Source: Vicugna vicugna (taxonomy: Eukaryota). Taken from it: a stretch of DNA of 38,116 nt. The translations under genes were made by a program, and so were the position numbers. The DNA lies in NCBI GenBank assembly GCA_013265495.1, contig MU057584.1, forward strand, positions 908,608 through 946,723. The letters are read 5' to 3'. The notes under the pieces are model-generated. The model made no database searches and was not told where the DNA came from. It worked only from the letters and a program-made list of their open reading frames with translations. Positions 11,540-33,248 of this stretch are shown in pieces. Position 1 is the stretch's first letter, and each line of letters opens with the position of its first letter.

Positions 11540-11915
11540 ATCCCCTGTCCCCAGTGGACACCCCTGCAATGAGTCGGAGTGATTTTTTTTTTTCAGATCT
11601 TTTATCGGGCATGTACACACACATATATATGGTACCTTAGGTGTTTCCTTGATTTTTTTCATACCCTATGTATCATTTGGCAGTCTGGGTTCTTTGGTTT
11701 GTTTGTTTTTTACTCAGTAATGTGTTGGAGAATTCTTTCATGCCACTTGCACATCTCATTCTTTTTAGCTGCTGCGTAGACACTTCAGACAATGGTTTCA
11801 CCATTCATCATCCTCTTGATGGACATTTAAGCTGTTTTCAATTTCTTGCCCTTACGTCACTGCTGCCATAAAGATCCTTGATCAGGCTCCTGTGTCCATA
11901 TGCAAGAGTTTCTCT
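11540..11915 (-). mobile_element. Old L1M fragment
   Basis: ctcattctttttagctgctgcgtag...gatggacatttaagctgttttcaatttcttgcc...tcctgtgtccatatgcaagagtttctct resembles antisense L1M 3' sequence. Confidence 0.6.
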
Positions 11916-12002
11916 AATACAAGAGTCTGCTACATCTTTTGTGTGGCACTTGAGCTAAGAATGAGTTTTACATTTTTAAAGGCACACAGAAGTCCTCCCC
12001 TC

Positions 12003-12075
12003 CTATTTCACAGATGGGAAAGCTGAGACCCAGAGAGGAGTAAGGACTTGTCCATGATTACACAGAACAGGGGTT
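12003..12075 (-). mobile_element. MIR fragment
   Basis: ctatttcacagatgggaaagctgagacccagagaggagtaaggacttgtccatgattacacag is the antisense MIR core. Confidence 0.75.
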
Positions 12076-12569
12076 CTCATACAGCTAGATAAATGTGTGT
12101 TGAGCTGCTGTTCTGGGCCTGGCTGGGTTAGTAAGACCCCAAAATCAATCAAATCTACCTCTGCCCCCAAAGACCTCACTACCTGAGGAGACATACAGAC
12201 AAACAATTATAACCTACTGTAAATCAACGGTTCAAGGTCTCCCAGAGTGGGGTGGAGAAGGGGAGAGGATTACTCAGCTCTTTGGAAAACAATTAATGTC
12301 AGAGCATGGCCTAGGAAAACGAAGTCCAGGAGCTCAGGACGCAGGCACGCAGGCAGCGGATTCCACTTGGAAAAAGGCTGGGAAGGTTGAACCCTGAGAG
12401 TAGTTGGTTTTACACTCATACCTTGCACCCAAGCACCACTGGAATTCTGGTGGCTCAGGCACGAGGCAGGCCTCAGTTTACCCATTTCTAAACGTCAAAC
12501 TGATGATTTCCCAGACTCCTGCCCCTGCCTTCGGCATCTTATCCAGGCCAGGTGGCGCTCTACGGGAGG

Positions 12570-12910
12570 GGCGTGACCATATTGGTGACGTCACGTGGGG
12601 CGGAGCCGGCAGGACCCGCTGCGGAAGCCTGGGAGGGTGTAGGGACTCAGTCGAGTCCCTGGCGCGTGGGGGAGGGGGCTCGCAGGAGCCGGCACTCTGG
12701 GAGGGGTCTCCCCGCATCCGTGTCCTCCGATTGCTGGATGATCCCGCCATCCTCCTCAGACGAAACTGAGTCACGGCGGAGCGTGCATCGGGAAGGGGCC
12801 AGGGACCTTATCCATACGGGGACCGGGAGTCCCATTTCCACCCAGGTCCAGCGACGCACCCTCTCCCCCCTCGCCACACACACACACACACCCTGCGGCT
12901 GTGAGTCAGC
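12570..12910. promoter_or_regulatory. Upstream VASP regulatory module: CCAAT (ATTGG 12581), CRE TGACGTCA 12586-12593, E-box CACGTG 12592-12597, GC box 12597-12603, AP-1 TGAGTCA 12767 and 12902
   Basis: Exact consensus matches clustered in CpG-rich sequence 0.9-1.2 kb upstream of the VASP ATG. Confidence 0.7.
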
Positions 12911-13810
12911 GGCCGGCCGCACCCCCTCGGCCCACTTCCTCCTCACCTTCCCAGGGCGGGCGGGGGGTGGGGGGACAGTGAGAGGGGTGGGGCCCCTCCC
13001 CACCCATCCCCCTCCTCTGCAGGGGGTGAGGGAATTCACCCTTTAGTAACCCTTCATAAATTGGCAGAGAAGAGAGACGTTGCGGGGTCCGAAGGCAGGA
13101 GGATTTAAGGGAGAACATTTGAGAGAATCTATGCTTAACCAGAGGGTCCTCCTCGCCCCCCAAATTAAGTAGAATGTAAAGAAATGGAGAAGATGACGGG
13201 GAAATCAGAAGAAATGGTACCCCCATTCAGATTCCCGTAAGAATTTCCATCGTGGGAGTAAACTAAGGATCAAGGAAGGATCCCTTCCCCTCTACCAAGC
13301 TTCCCCCCTAATTTGGGGGTGACCCCCCCAGAGTGCATTGCTATGCAGTAACATTGGGGAAGAGGGAAATAGCGGAAGTCTAAGGTTCCGCGTCGCCCTG
13401 TTAAGCACCCTGCACCTCCCAACCCTACCTCCTGGAGATGTCCGCGGCCCCTTTAAGGCGCGGGGCATTGTGGGTGTGGGGAGTGGAATTTTGGAACGAA
13501 ATGTAGCGAAGAGAAGTACAGTAGTAAGAGTAACATTGTAGCCGCCGCCGGCCGAGGGGGCGCGCCGGGGAGTGGACGCCGCACCCCCTTTCTGCAGGAG
13601 GGACCCCGGATCACAACCCCAGAGGGAGGAGGCGCCTGAGGACCCGCCCCGGCCCTGTCCACGTTCCCCCCAGGAAGCCGGACTCTATGGGGCGGGACCC
13701 TGGGGGAGACTGAGCAGAACCTGGAGCCAGCCCTGAACCCCTGAACCTCGAGCTAGGGGCGCCCCGGGAGCACCTACCCCGTGGGCGCTCCGCCCGCCCG
13801 CCCAGCAGCC

Positions 13811-25328
<11,518 letters not shown>

Positions 25329-26111
25329 CCACAGGGCCCCAGAAGATCCAGTTTCTCCTTTCCGCACATCCCCTTGCCTGTCACCTGCTTTCCCTGCCTC
25401 AACTTGACTTGGAATTGGCTGAAGGCTACACAGGAATGCATTTTCCCCACTCCCCATCTCACCTGGAAAATTCCAAGGGGGTGTGGCTTCCCTGGCACCA
25501 TGCCCACACCCATACTGGCTGCTGATTGGCTGGGGAGGCCCCCACCCTTTGCTCCCTTTGGTCCTTCCCCTCTGCCATCCCCTTGGGGCTGGTTCCTCTG
25601 CTGGGGATGTACCAATTAACCCCACAGTGAGGGGGAAGGAAGGAGGGAATTTCACATTCCCTTGTTCTAGATTCACTTTAATGCTTAATGCCTTTGAAGT
25701 TTTGTTTTTTTAAGGAAAAAAAAATATATATATATATTTAGGTTTGGGGGGAGGAAATTTTTTTCTCTTTGGTTTTGATAAAATAGGGTGTGGGAAGTTT
25801 TTAATGCTGTGCCCCAGGCTTGTCCCATTTGAGACAGCTATTTAATGGGGGGGATGTCCCACCAAGGCTGGGGGCGCCTCCCCCCACACCGGGACTTCCC
25901 TTCCCTCTGGCTCCTTCCCTTTTTCTATGAGGAATTAAGATGCTGTAACTTTTTGGAACCTCAGTTTTTTGATTTTTTTATTTGGGTAGGTTTTGGGGTC
26001 CAGACCATTTTTACCCTCTGGGGAAAATAAGATGAGGGAGAAAGGAAAAGGGGGAGGAAACCTCCCCTCTCCCACCTTCACCTTTAGCTTCTTGAAAATG
26101 GGCCCCTGCAG

Positions 26112-26117
26112 AATAAA
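26112..26117 (+). terminator. VASP polyadenylation signal AATAAA
   Basis: AATAAA about 780 nt after the stop, followed by U/GU-rich sequence. Confidence 0.75.
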
Positions 26118-26566
26118 TCTGCCAGTTTTTATAAATGCTAAGATTTCTGGAGTGATTTTGATGGGCTGTGCTCATGAGGAAGGGGGCCCCTCCCTCCCCC
26201 AGTAATCTGCCTTCTCATCTTCCTCCCTCGCACTTGAACCTCCTTCCTCAGGCTCCGGCAGCCAGGATGGCCTTTGCCCCCTCTCAGCCTCCCTCTCTTC
26301 CTCCCAGTACCTCTCACCAGGCAGCCTCCTCACTCCTCACCCTGGCCCAAGCACTTCGCCACCCTCAAGAAAGCCAGGGGCAAGACCCTTGGCTTTCCCC
26401 AGGCCTCAGTTTCCCTATCTGAGAAAGGGCTCAAAGGGTGACTCTGGCCCCTTTCCACCAGAACCCTCCCAGCTTCCCCTAATTCTAGTGAGCCTTGTAC
26501 CCATTTTGCATGTATATCATGGTTCTCTGACACATTCTTAAGATGATTTCTTTCCCCCAGAACTCC

Positions 26567-26572
26567 TTTAAT
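26567..26572 (-). terminator. Candidate OPA3 distal-isoform polyA signal (ATTAAA on minus)
   Basis: tttaat on plus in an AT-rich patch about 1.2 kb downstream of the OPA3 stop. Confidence 0.4.
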
Positions 26573-27798
26573 TATAAAACATTTACAGTCTAAAACATAT
26601 ATACATATAGAATTCAGAAGTCATAGAACTCATACAAACCCCCTTCAGTGGCTCAGTTGGTTGGCAGGGGGTAGGTGAGGTAGGTAGCTCTGCTTGGTGG
26701 AATACTCCATTTGGTTGGAGGTAGGAAAATTCAGGGGTGAGGGGCAGGTGGTCCCACTAGAGGAAGCCTTTGCATGAAGGAGGGAGGTGTGTACTGGGTG
26801 TCCAGGCCAAAGGCAAGAAAGGGGAATCCCTGAGTACTCTGAAGAGCAGATTTGGATGGAAGATAGGGCTTGTGACAATGACCCATGTAGCAGGGGGACA
26901 GCTGGGTCCCCATGAGGGCAGCAGGGGAGGATGGTGGGAAGGTTTAGAACATTCAGACGGGTAAACAGGGTGCTGAGACAAAACACAAAATGGTTCAGCC
27001 CAAGACAGGGCCAATGTTCCCACTCTAAAGGGCCACAGAACATTGGGGGGCGGTCAGTCTGGTGGAACTACACTGGAAGACACTGCGTGTCGGACTAAAA
27101 GCCTGTATATGTGTGGAAGGAGGTTCTGTTGGAATGATCCACTTACGGAGGGGAGGACCCCAGTGAAGGTACCAATGGACTACAGATGGGAGCCACAGGG
27201 TGACTCGCTGGAGCTGATGCACTCCAAGATCCGTCCTTCTATTCCCTGTCCCCAACAAAAGAGTGAAGTAGATGGAAGGTGGTGGGGGTGGTCAAGTCCA
27301 TCAGAAGTTTCTGCATTTTCATTACAATGGTCTGTACCAGTGAAGAAGGGGGAAGCTGTCCTGGTGTAATGGATGAGGTCCCGGGGAAAAGATCACTCCT
27401 CAGAAAAGTTGGAAGTGTGAGTGACAAAATGAGAAATGGTCCATGTGTCCTGCTAGCCCTCCCAGTGGTGGGTGGGTGGGGTCCGATGAAAGACACTGCT
27501 TTTCCATTCCAAAGTGCTAAACCAGTGGATGGGGCGGGGGGCAGTTGGGGGGGCCTGGAAGGTTCCATAAGTGGATGGGGGAGTCCCAGCAAAAGGTACC
27601 CCTCACTGGGCAAGTTAGTAGGGAGGTAACCGATAAGCCTAGTTGGATCAGCCCCAGTCCAGGATCACTTCTGCCCCTAAAGGGACCTAGTGGTATTAGC
27701 TGGGCGGGTTCAGGTAGGGACCCTGCGGACAGAAGGCCGTGTTGGACACATGGCGGCCCAGACAGCTGTCACTCACAAGACCAGGGCCCTACGGCTTC

Positions 27799-28181
27799 CT
27801 ATTCCTCCGGCGCGGGCGGCGGATCCAGGGCGCAGAGCTGGGCGCGCACCTCCCGCATCTGCGCCTGCAGCTCCTCCAGGGCGCCCCGCGGCGGCGCCGC
27901 CTGCACCTGCGCCTGCAGGGCCTCGAGCGCCAGCGCCAAGTGGTCCACCTCGTCCCGCATCGCCGTCCAGGCGGCGCGCCGCTCCCCCTTCTTAAGACGC
28001 AGGTTCTTCTGGTGGCGCCAGTACTCCAGCACCAGGCAGCTGCAGGCCATGACGAAGATGGTGGCCTCGCCCAGCAGCTCGGCGCCCAGCTCAGCAGCCG
28101 CCTCCTCGTTCAGCGGCTTGACGGATTCGGCATTGAAGCCCATGAGGCGCATCTTGGTCCGCATCTCCATCCAGTGGTACA
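27799..28181 (-). CDS. OPA3: OPA3 distal terminal coding exon (OPA3B-type); exon 1 lies outside the window
   Basis: CAG acceptor at 28184-28182, phase 1, then [15 protein letters not shown]...[22 protein letters not shown]...LEYWRHQ...[11 protein letters not shown]; tail-to-tail with VASP as in human. Confidence 0.93.
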
Positions 28182-29049
28182 CTGCCGGGGGAGAGAGGGG
28201 TCAGGGATCTTTGCTGGGGATTGCAAGCCCAGTCCCTCGACGCCTCGGCGTCTGGATCAGAGCACTGGGGACGCGGCAGCCAGAATCGCGGGCGCTGGGG
28301 ACTGGGCGCCATAACCAAGACCCTCGTCGGGCCTGACACGCGGAATGCCGAATTAATTACTGGGCCAGGGGTAGCCCGGAGGGCATCTTTTGAAAACGTC
28401 CAGAAAATTCTGGTTAGCGGCCAGGGATGAGAAGGATTGCCCTAGAGGGGAGGTCCAGTGTGGGGACCGCTCTTCTAGAGGGGAGGGTCACAATCCAGAG
28501 CAGGTATAAAGCTTGCCCCCTCGCCCCTCTCACAGCCGACCAGCCAGGCCCGTCCTCAAGTGCGTTCACTGTGGGGTTTGGGGCTTTGGAAGGAGCACAG
28601 GGCTGGAGCGCTGCTGCTCTGATGCCAACTCCTTCTTTACCTAATCACTTATTCATGAGAACAAGGATTATCAGCATTGTTTGTCATCATTTGTAGGCAC
28701 AGCATAAACATAGAGCTGAGGATGAAACCTGATTCACTGCAGTAATAATTAATATTCATCCACTGATACACGAACTGATGGGAATAATCTGCCTCCTTGG
28801 GGTCATTAAGGGATGAATTTCTGAAAACATTTGATACTTGACCCCTTCCAGCCATCCTCCACAACAGCTGGGCTGATGGAAGTACCTTCCTTTAAATTAG
28901 AAGAATAACAGATACACCTGGCGGGATTACTTAGACTATAGAGGCGGGTATACTGAGAGACAGACGTCCGTCTTTCCACCTCCAGCTTTAGTCCTATTTC
29001 TCAAAGCTTAACCACTTTTGATCTTTTTTCTGTTAATATTTGTTAAACA

Positions 29050-30030
29050 AAACATTAAAAGGACTAGCAATAAAGAAAAAGTTTGACACGCTGGAATACA
29101 CTGAAATTGAGAACTTCCATTCCTCAAAAGATCCCAGCAAGAGAAGGAAAAGGCAAGTTCTGGACTGTGGGGAGCCATTTGCAACACACCTATCTGACCA
29201 AAAAAACTCAGATTCAGGATATGCAAAGACCTCCTGGGTCAATAAGAGAACAGCAGACCTCCCGATGAGAAGGACGTGAATCCCCTAAGAGGGTAAAATC
29301 TACAAGGCCACTAGGCTTGTGAAGAGGTGCTGGCCTCTAGTACGTATCAGGAAAATACTAATTAAAGTCACAAAGAGAAAGCACCATAAACCCACCAGAA
29401 TGGCTAAAATAAACAACCCACACATGCTAAGTGCTGGCAAAGATGTAGTTGGATCAGACTCGGAAAAGGTAATTAAGAACACCCACTCTGGAAGCTGGTT
29501 GGCAGTGCCTACTGAACATAACATTCGATGCTTTATGAGCTGGCAATTCTGCTCCTGGGAGGACACCCACAGAAACCTGTCACAGGTTCTCCAAAGACAT
29601 GTCCCGGCATATTCACCCCAGTGATATGAATAAAAGACTCACCACAACCCAAATGCCCATCAATAGTAGGATTGGTTTAAAAAAAAAAAAAAGATGGACA
29701 CAGTGAAACACTCAACAGCAGTGAGAACAAATGAACCCCAACTACATTCAACAAGTTGAATGAATCTCACAATGTTGAGTGAAAGAGGCCAGACAAGGGC
29801 ACATGCTGTGTGATTCAATGTATATATAAAGTCCCCAAACAGGCAAATTCAATCCGTAGGGTTACAAGTCAGGATGGTGGTTACCCCTGGGGGGCACAAT
29901 GACCAGAAGGGGCGCATGGTAGGGTTTCTGGGGGACTGGTTATGTTCTGTCTCCTGTTCATTCTGTGAGAGCTTATCAAACTGTACACTTAGGATTTGTA
30001 CACTTTCTTTATGTACATTGTATTTCAGTT
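29050..30030 (+). mobile_element. Degenerate L1M ORF2 end and 3'UTR
   Basis: cccaccagaatggctaaaat, tgctggcaaagatgt, acaacccaaatgcccatcaatagtagg, gaatctcacaatgttgagtgaaagaggccagaca, actgtacacttaggatttgtacacttt. Confidence 0.8.
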
Positions 30031-30040
30031 AAAAGTTTTT

Positions 30041-30150
30041 AAGCGTGTACCTAATGAGCATAAGGTACTGGGTTCAATCCCCAACACCTCCATTAAAAAT
30101 GAGTAAATAAAAAAACTTCGATTACCTCCCCCAAAATAAAATAAATAAAT
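30041..30150 (+). mobile_element. 5'-truncated tRNA-derived SINE (camelid Vic-1-like)
   Basis: B-box ggttcaatcc, then aaataa tail and attacctccccc end motif. Confidence 0.75.
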
Positions 30151-30163
30151 ATATACAATTTTT

Positions 30164-30280
30164 AGGGAGAAGGTATAGCTCAAGTGGTAGAGTGCAGACT
30201 TAGTATCCACAAGGTCCTGGGTTCAATACCCAGAACTTCCTCTAAAAATAAATAAATAAACCAACTACCAACCCCCCTCA
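30164..30280 (+). mobile_element. tRNA-derived SINE (camelid Vic-1-like)
   Basis: A-box tagctcaagtgg, B-box ggttcaatacc, (aaat)n tail. Confidence 0.85.
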
Positions 30281-30573
30281 AATTGTGCAGTTGGCTAATT
30301 TAAAATCACAACCCTCTACATCTTGTATGGGTCTTTCAGAGTGGCCCGATCTGAGTCATCTCATTAGCAATAACAGATACACCTACCATTAGGAATGAAG
30401 AATTTTGACTGTGCCTTAGAAATTGCGAAAACGCCTAGATGTATTCTTAACCAATAAAGGAGTTACTTGAGACATCAGCATCTAGCGCTGACTGGTGATT
30501 GACTCTGAAGATGGTGGTCAGTTTCAATCTCCTACCTGTCCAGTCTTCCGCAAGTGCTGCTGGCCTCCGGGAC

Positions 30574-32904
30574 ATGCGCCGACGCCAGCTGGAACCCAGG
30601 ACCAGTGCCAGTTGGAAGTCCCGATTCCTTCTCTTATCAGGTACAGGGCTTGCCTCACCCTCCTCCTCTGGCCCAGCTCCCCAACCCTCACGTCTCTCTC
30701 CCCTGCAGCTCTCTTCCTCCTGCTGTTCCCACTCGTGCCCGGATGGCCCCAAGACTCCAAAGGTGAGCGGGAGCATGGGGGACAGGGCACTGTGAGCCCT
30801 CTAGGGTGGCCGGGAGGCAGTGAGGGGCTCAACTCCCACCTCTACGCTCCTGCTCAGCTTAAATGTCAGCATGAGTGCAGAATTCTGACCCACCTCCCAC
30901 ACCCAGGTTCTGAGATGGCCTCTGGAGGATCCCCCATGCCAGCCCCTTGCGCTGAATGTGGGTGCTGGGGGTGGGGGAGTGCCAGAAATGGGGTGTCTGC
31001 TGAGCTGGGAAGGAGAAGGGCAGTGATCGGCCAAGTCAAGAGCCAAAGTCGAGTACCACCCCCCACATACCCAGCTGGGGAGATTTTGTATTATCCCTTA
31101 TTTTTTTTTCTCGGGGCAGCGTGGGGAGAGGTAATTAGGTTTGCTTGTTTATTAGAGGAGGTAACGGAATTGAACCCAGGACCTCGTGTGATGCTCTGCC
31201 ACTGAGCTATACTCTCCCCCCATCCCTTATTTCAACCTCACTACCTGACAGCCAGATTCTGTCTGGGTGATATGCCCATGAAGCAGACAGTCCCATTTTA
31301 GAGATGGACAAAGTGTGGCTCAGAGGGGCACAGTTACTTACCTGAGGTGAGGGGGAGAGTGGGGCTTAAACCCTGACCCAGTGATGTGAGTTTCAGCCCT
31401 AAAATCAGGTAAGTGCAGCCATGGCGTGAGGGACAGAATGCGGGAAAGGAGCCATAGGAGGCACGATCAGCTGAGGACTCTTCTGATGTGAGGAAGGTGG
31501 TGAGGAATGTGGTGCCACAATTCACCTGGGACAATGTGAGGCAAGAACAGCTGGGTGTGGACCTGCATCTCCTTGCCCCTGAAACTTTGCTAGCCTCCCT
31601 GCCCCACCCACCGACCTTGGACATGGTATGTTTGTTGAAAGATGCTGACCTCATGCCTACCCAGCCCAACCTGCTCCCCCTCGGGTGACATTTGGGGCTG
31701 GTGCTCCTCACACCCTTAGTGACCTCACCCAGCATCAGCCTGATCATTTGGCCAGGCCGATGTGTGGACGGGGCCACCTCACTGTCCAGTTCTCTTTCTA
31801 GAGCCTGAGTGAGGCTGATCATTGTCTTGTGTGACCACTGGCTATCTGCACTTCATCAGCTGTGACCGGGGTGCCCAAAGTGAGTGGCTGGCAACCTTGC
31901 CCACAGGATAGGAGCTCACTGAGCGCCTGAAAGCTCAGCACAGATCCTACCCCCTGGGCCAAGAAGAAGGCTGATGAGAAGGCAGCCAGAGCAGAGGGGC
32001 ATGACTGCTTTGGGGACAGAGGCCAACTGGCCATCGGACTTAAGTGCTGGGTAAAAGATGAATGGATGCAGGGAAATACAAATCAAAACCACAAGGAGAT
32101 AGCACGTCCATCCATTAGGGGATGGCTAGAATCAAAGAGTCATATAACAACTGTTAGCAGGATGTGGAGGAATCAGCACTCTGATATAGCTGATGGGAAT
32201 GGAAAATGGTACAATGTCCGGAACAGGCAGATCTAGAGACGGCAAGTAGATTGGTGGTTCCCCGGGGCTGGGGCTGCGGGGAGGTCGAAGAAAATGGAGA
32301 GCAAATGCCAGTGGACTGGGGGTTTCCTTTTAGAACATGTTCTAAAATTGATTGTGGGGATGATGGCACAACCCCACAAAAGTACTAAAAACCATTGACT
32401 CGTATGCTTTAAATGGGTGAATTGTACGATATGTGAATTCTATGCCAATGACAGTCTTAAAGTTAAAAAAAAAGAACGGATGCAAGAGAGATAAGGTACG
32501 GGAGAAGGGCAAGTGCCTAGGCCCTCCCGCTGAGCCCTGTCTGGCCCGCAGGGGAGGTGCTGGTGGTGAGAAAGGAGAAGTGGCGGCTCTGTGGCAGCAT
32601 GGCGCTGGACCCCAAGGATGGAAAGTGGAGCTGCTGCAAAGGTTTCTACCCTTTCCACCGCCCCACACAGAGGTGCTGCCAAACCTGGGGGAAGTTCATC
32701 ATCATCCCCATGGACCCGGAGAAGTCAGAGGCCGAAGACTGCAGGACATACACCCAGAAAACTCTAGGTAGGTCCTGGCCCCACTGCTAGCTTCCCTTTC
32801 TGCTCTAGGGGGTCTCAGAGACTCTGTTCTCTCCTTCCTTCCCAGGAGCTCTGCCCTCCATGGAGGGGTTTGTCTGCTTCCAGACAGGGCGTCTGTGCCA
32901 ATAG
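30574..32904 (+). CDS. Putative small secreted cysteine-rich protein (IGFL-like). Exons 30574-30640, 30709-30762, 32552-32767, then 32846-32904 (or alternatively 35410-35417)
   Basis: Phase-1 GT-AG exon chain gives MRRRQLEPRTSASWKSRFLLLS|ALFLLLFPLVPGWPQDSK|GEVLVVRKEKWRLCGSMALDPKDGKWSCCKGFYPFHRPTQRCCQTWGKFIIIPMDPEKSEAEDCRTYTQKTL|GALPSMEGFVCFQTGRLCQ*. Signal-peptide-like N-terminus, even Cys count. No expression evidence. Confidence 0.6.
31104..31221 (-). mobile_element. tRNA-derived SINE (camelid Vic-1-like) with 11-bp TSD
   Basis: Antisense A/B boxes (ttgaacccagg; cactgagctatac); direct repeat atcccttattt at 31093-31103 and 31222-31232. Confidence 0.88.
32075..32472 (+). mobile_element. L1M(B)-like fragments
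   Basis: aatacaaatcaaaaccacaaggagat...ggatggctagaatcaaa...gttctaaaattgattgtggggatgatggcacaac...aaatgggtgaattgtacgatatgtgaatt, followed by an A tail. Confidence 0.8.
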
Positions 32905-33122
32905 CTTAGCTGCGTTCCAGTTCCCACTGTGTGACCTTGGACAACTGTCCTGCCCTCTCTGGGCCCAGTCTACCTGTCACCAAGTGACAGATACGCACAA
33001 GAACTTCTCAGCCAAACAGGGTGGGGTTGGGGCTTTCGTAGTCCCTCCCCACAGTTCCAGAAGTGATCCCTTCCCACAGTTCTGGAAGTGACAATTGTTT
33101 TTAAATATTACTTAAAAAAAAA

Positions 33123-33248
33123 TTTTGGGGGGCGGCAGGTAATTAGGTTCATTCATTCACTTATTTATTTAATGGAGGTGGTGGATATTAAACCCAGGGC
33201 CTCATGCATGCTAGGTATGTACTCTACCACTGAGCTATACCCTCCCCC
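33123..33248 (-). mobile_element. tRNA-derived SINE (camelid Vic-1-like)
   Basis: aggtaattagg...ttatttatttaatggagg...aaacccagggcctcatgcatgctaggtatgtactctaccactgagctataccctccccc. Confidence 0.88.

Noticed and set aside
12577..12585. CArG/SRF box CCATATTGG
   Set aside because: Only five A/T between CC and GG; the consensus needs six.
27545..28336. 263-aa and 191-aa plus-strand ORFs
   Set aside because: Antisense shadows of the GC-rich OPA3 exon.
30164..30240. tRNA gene (A and B boxes present)
   Set aside because: No pairing acceptor stem is evident, an (aaat)n tail follows, and three diverged sibling copies lie nearby, so it is a SINE.
30495..31205. 236-aa single-exon ORF
   Set aside because: Only the 54-nt part at 30709-30762 looks coding; the rest crosses splice signals and ends inside an antisense SINE.
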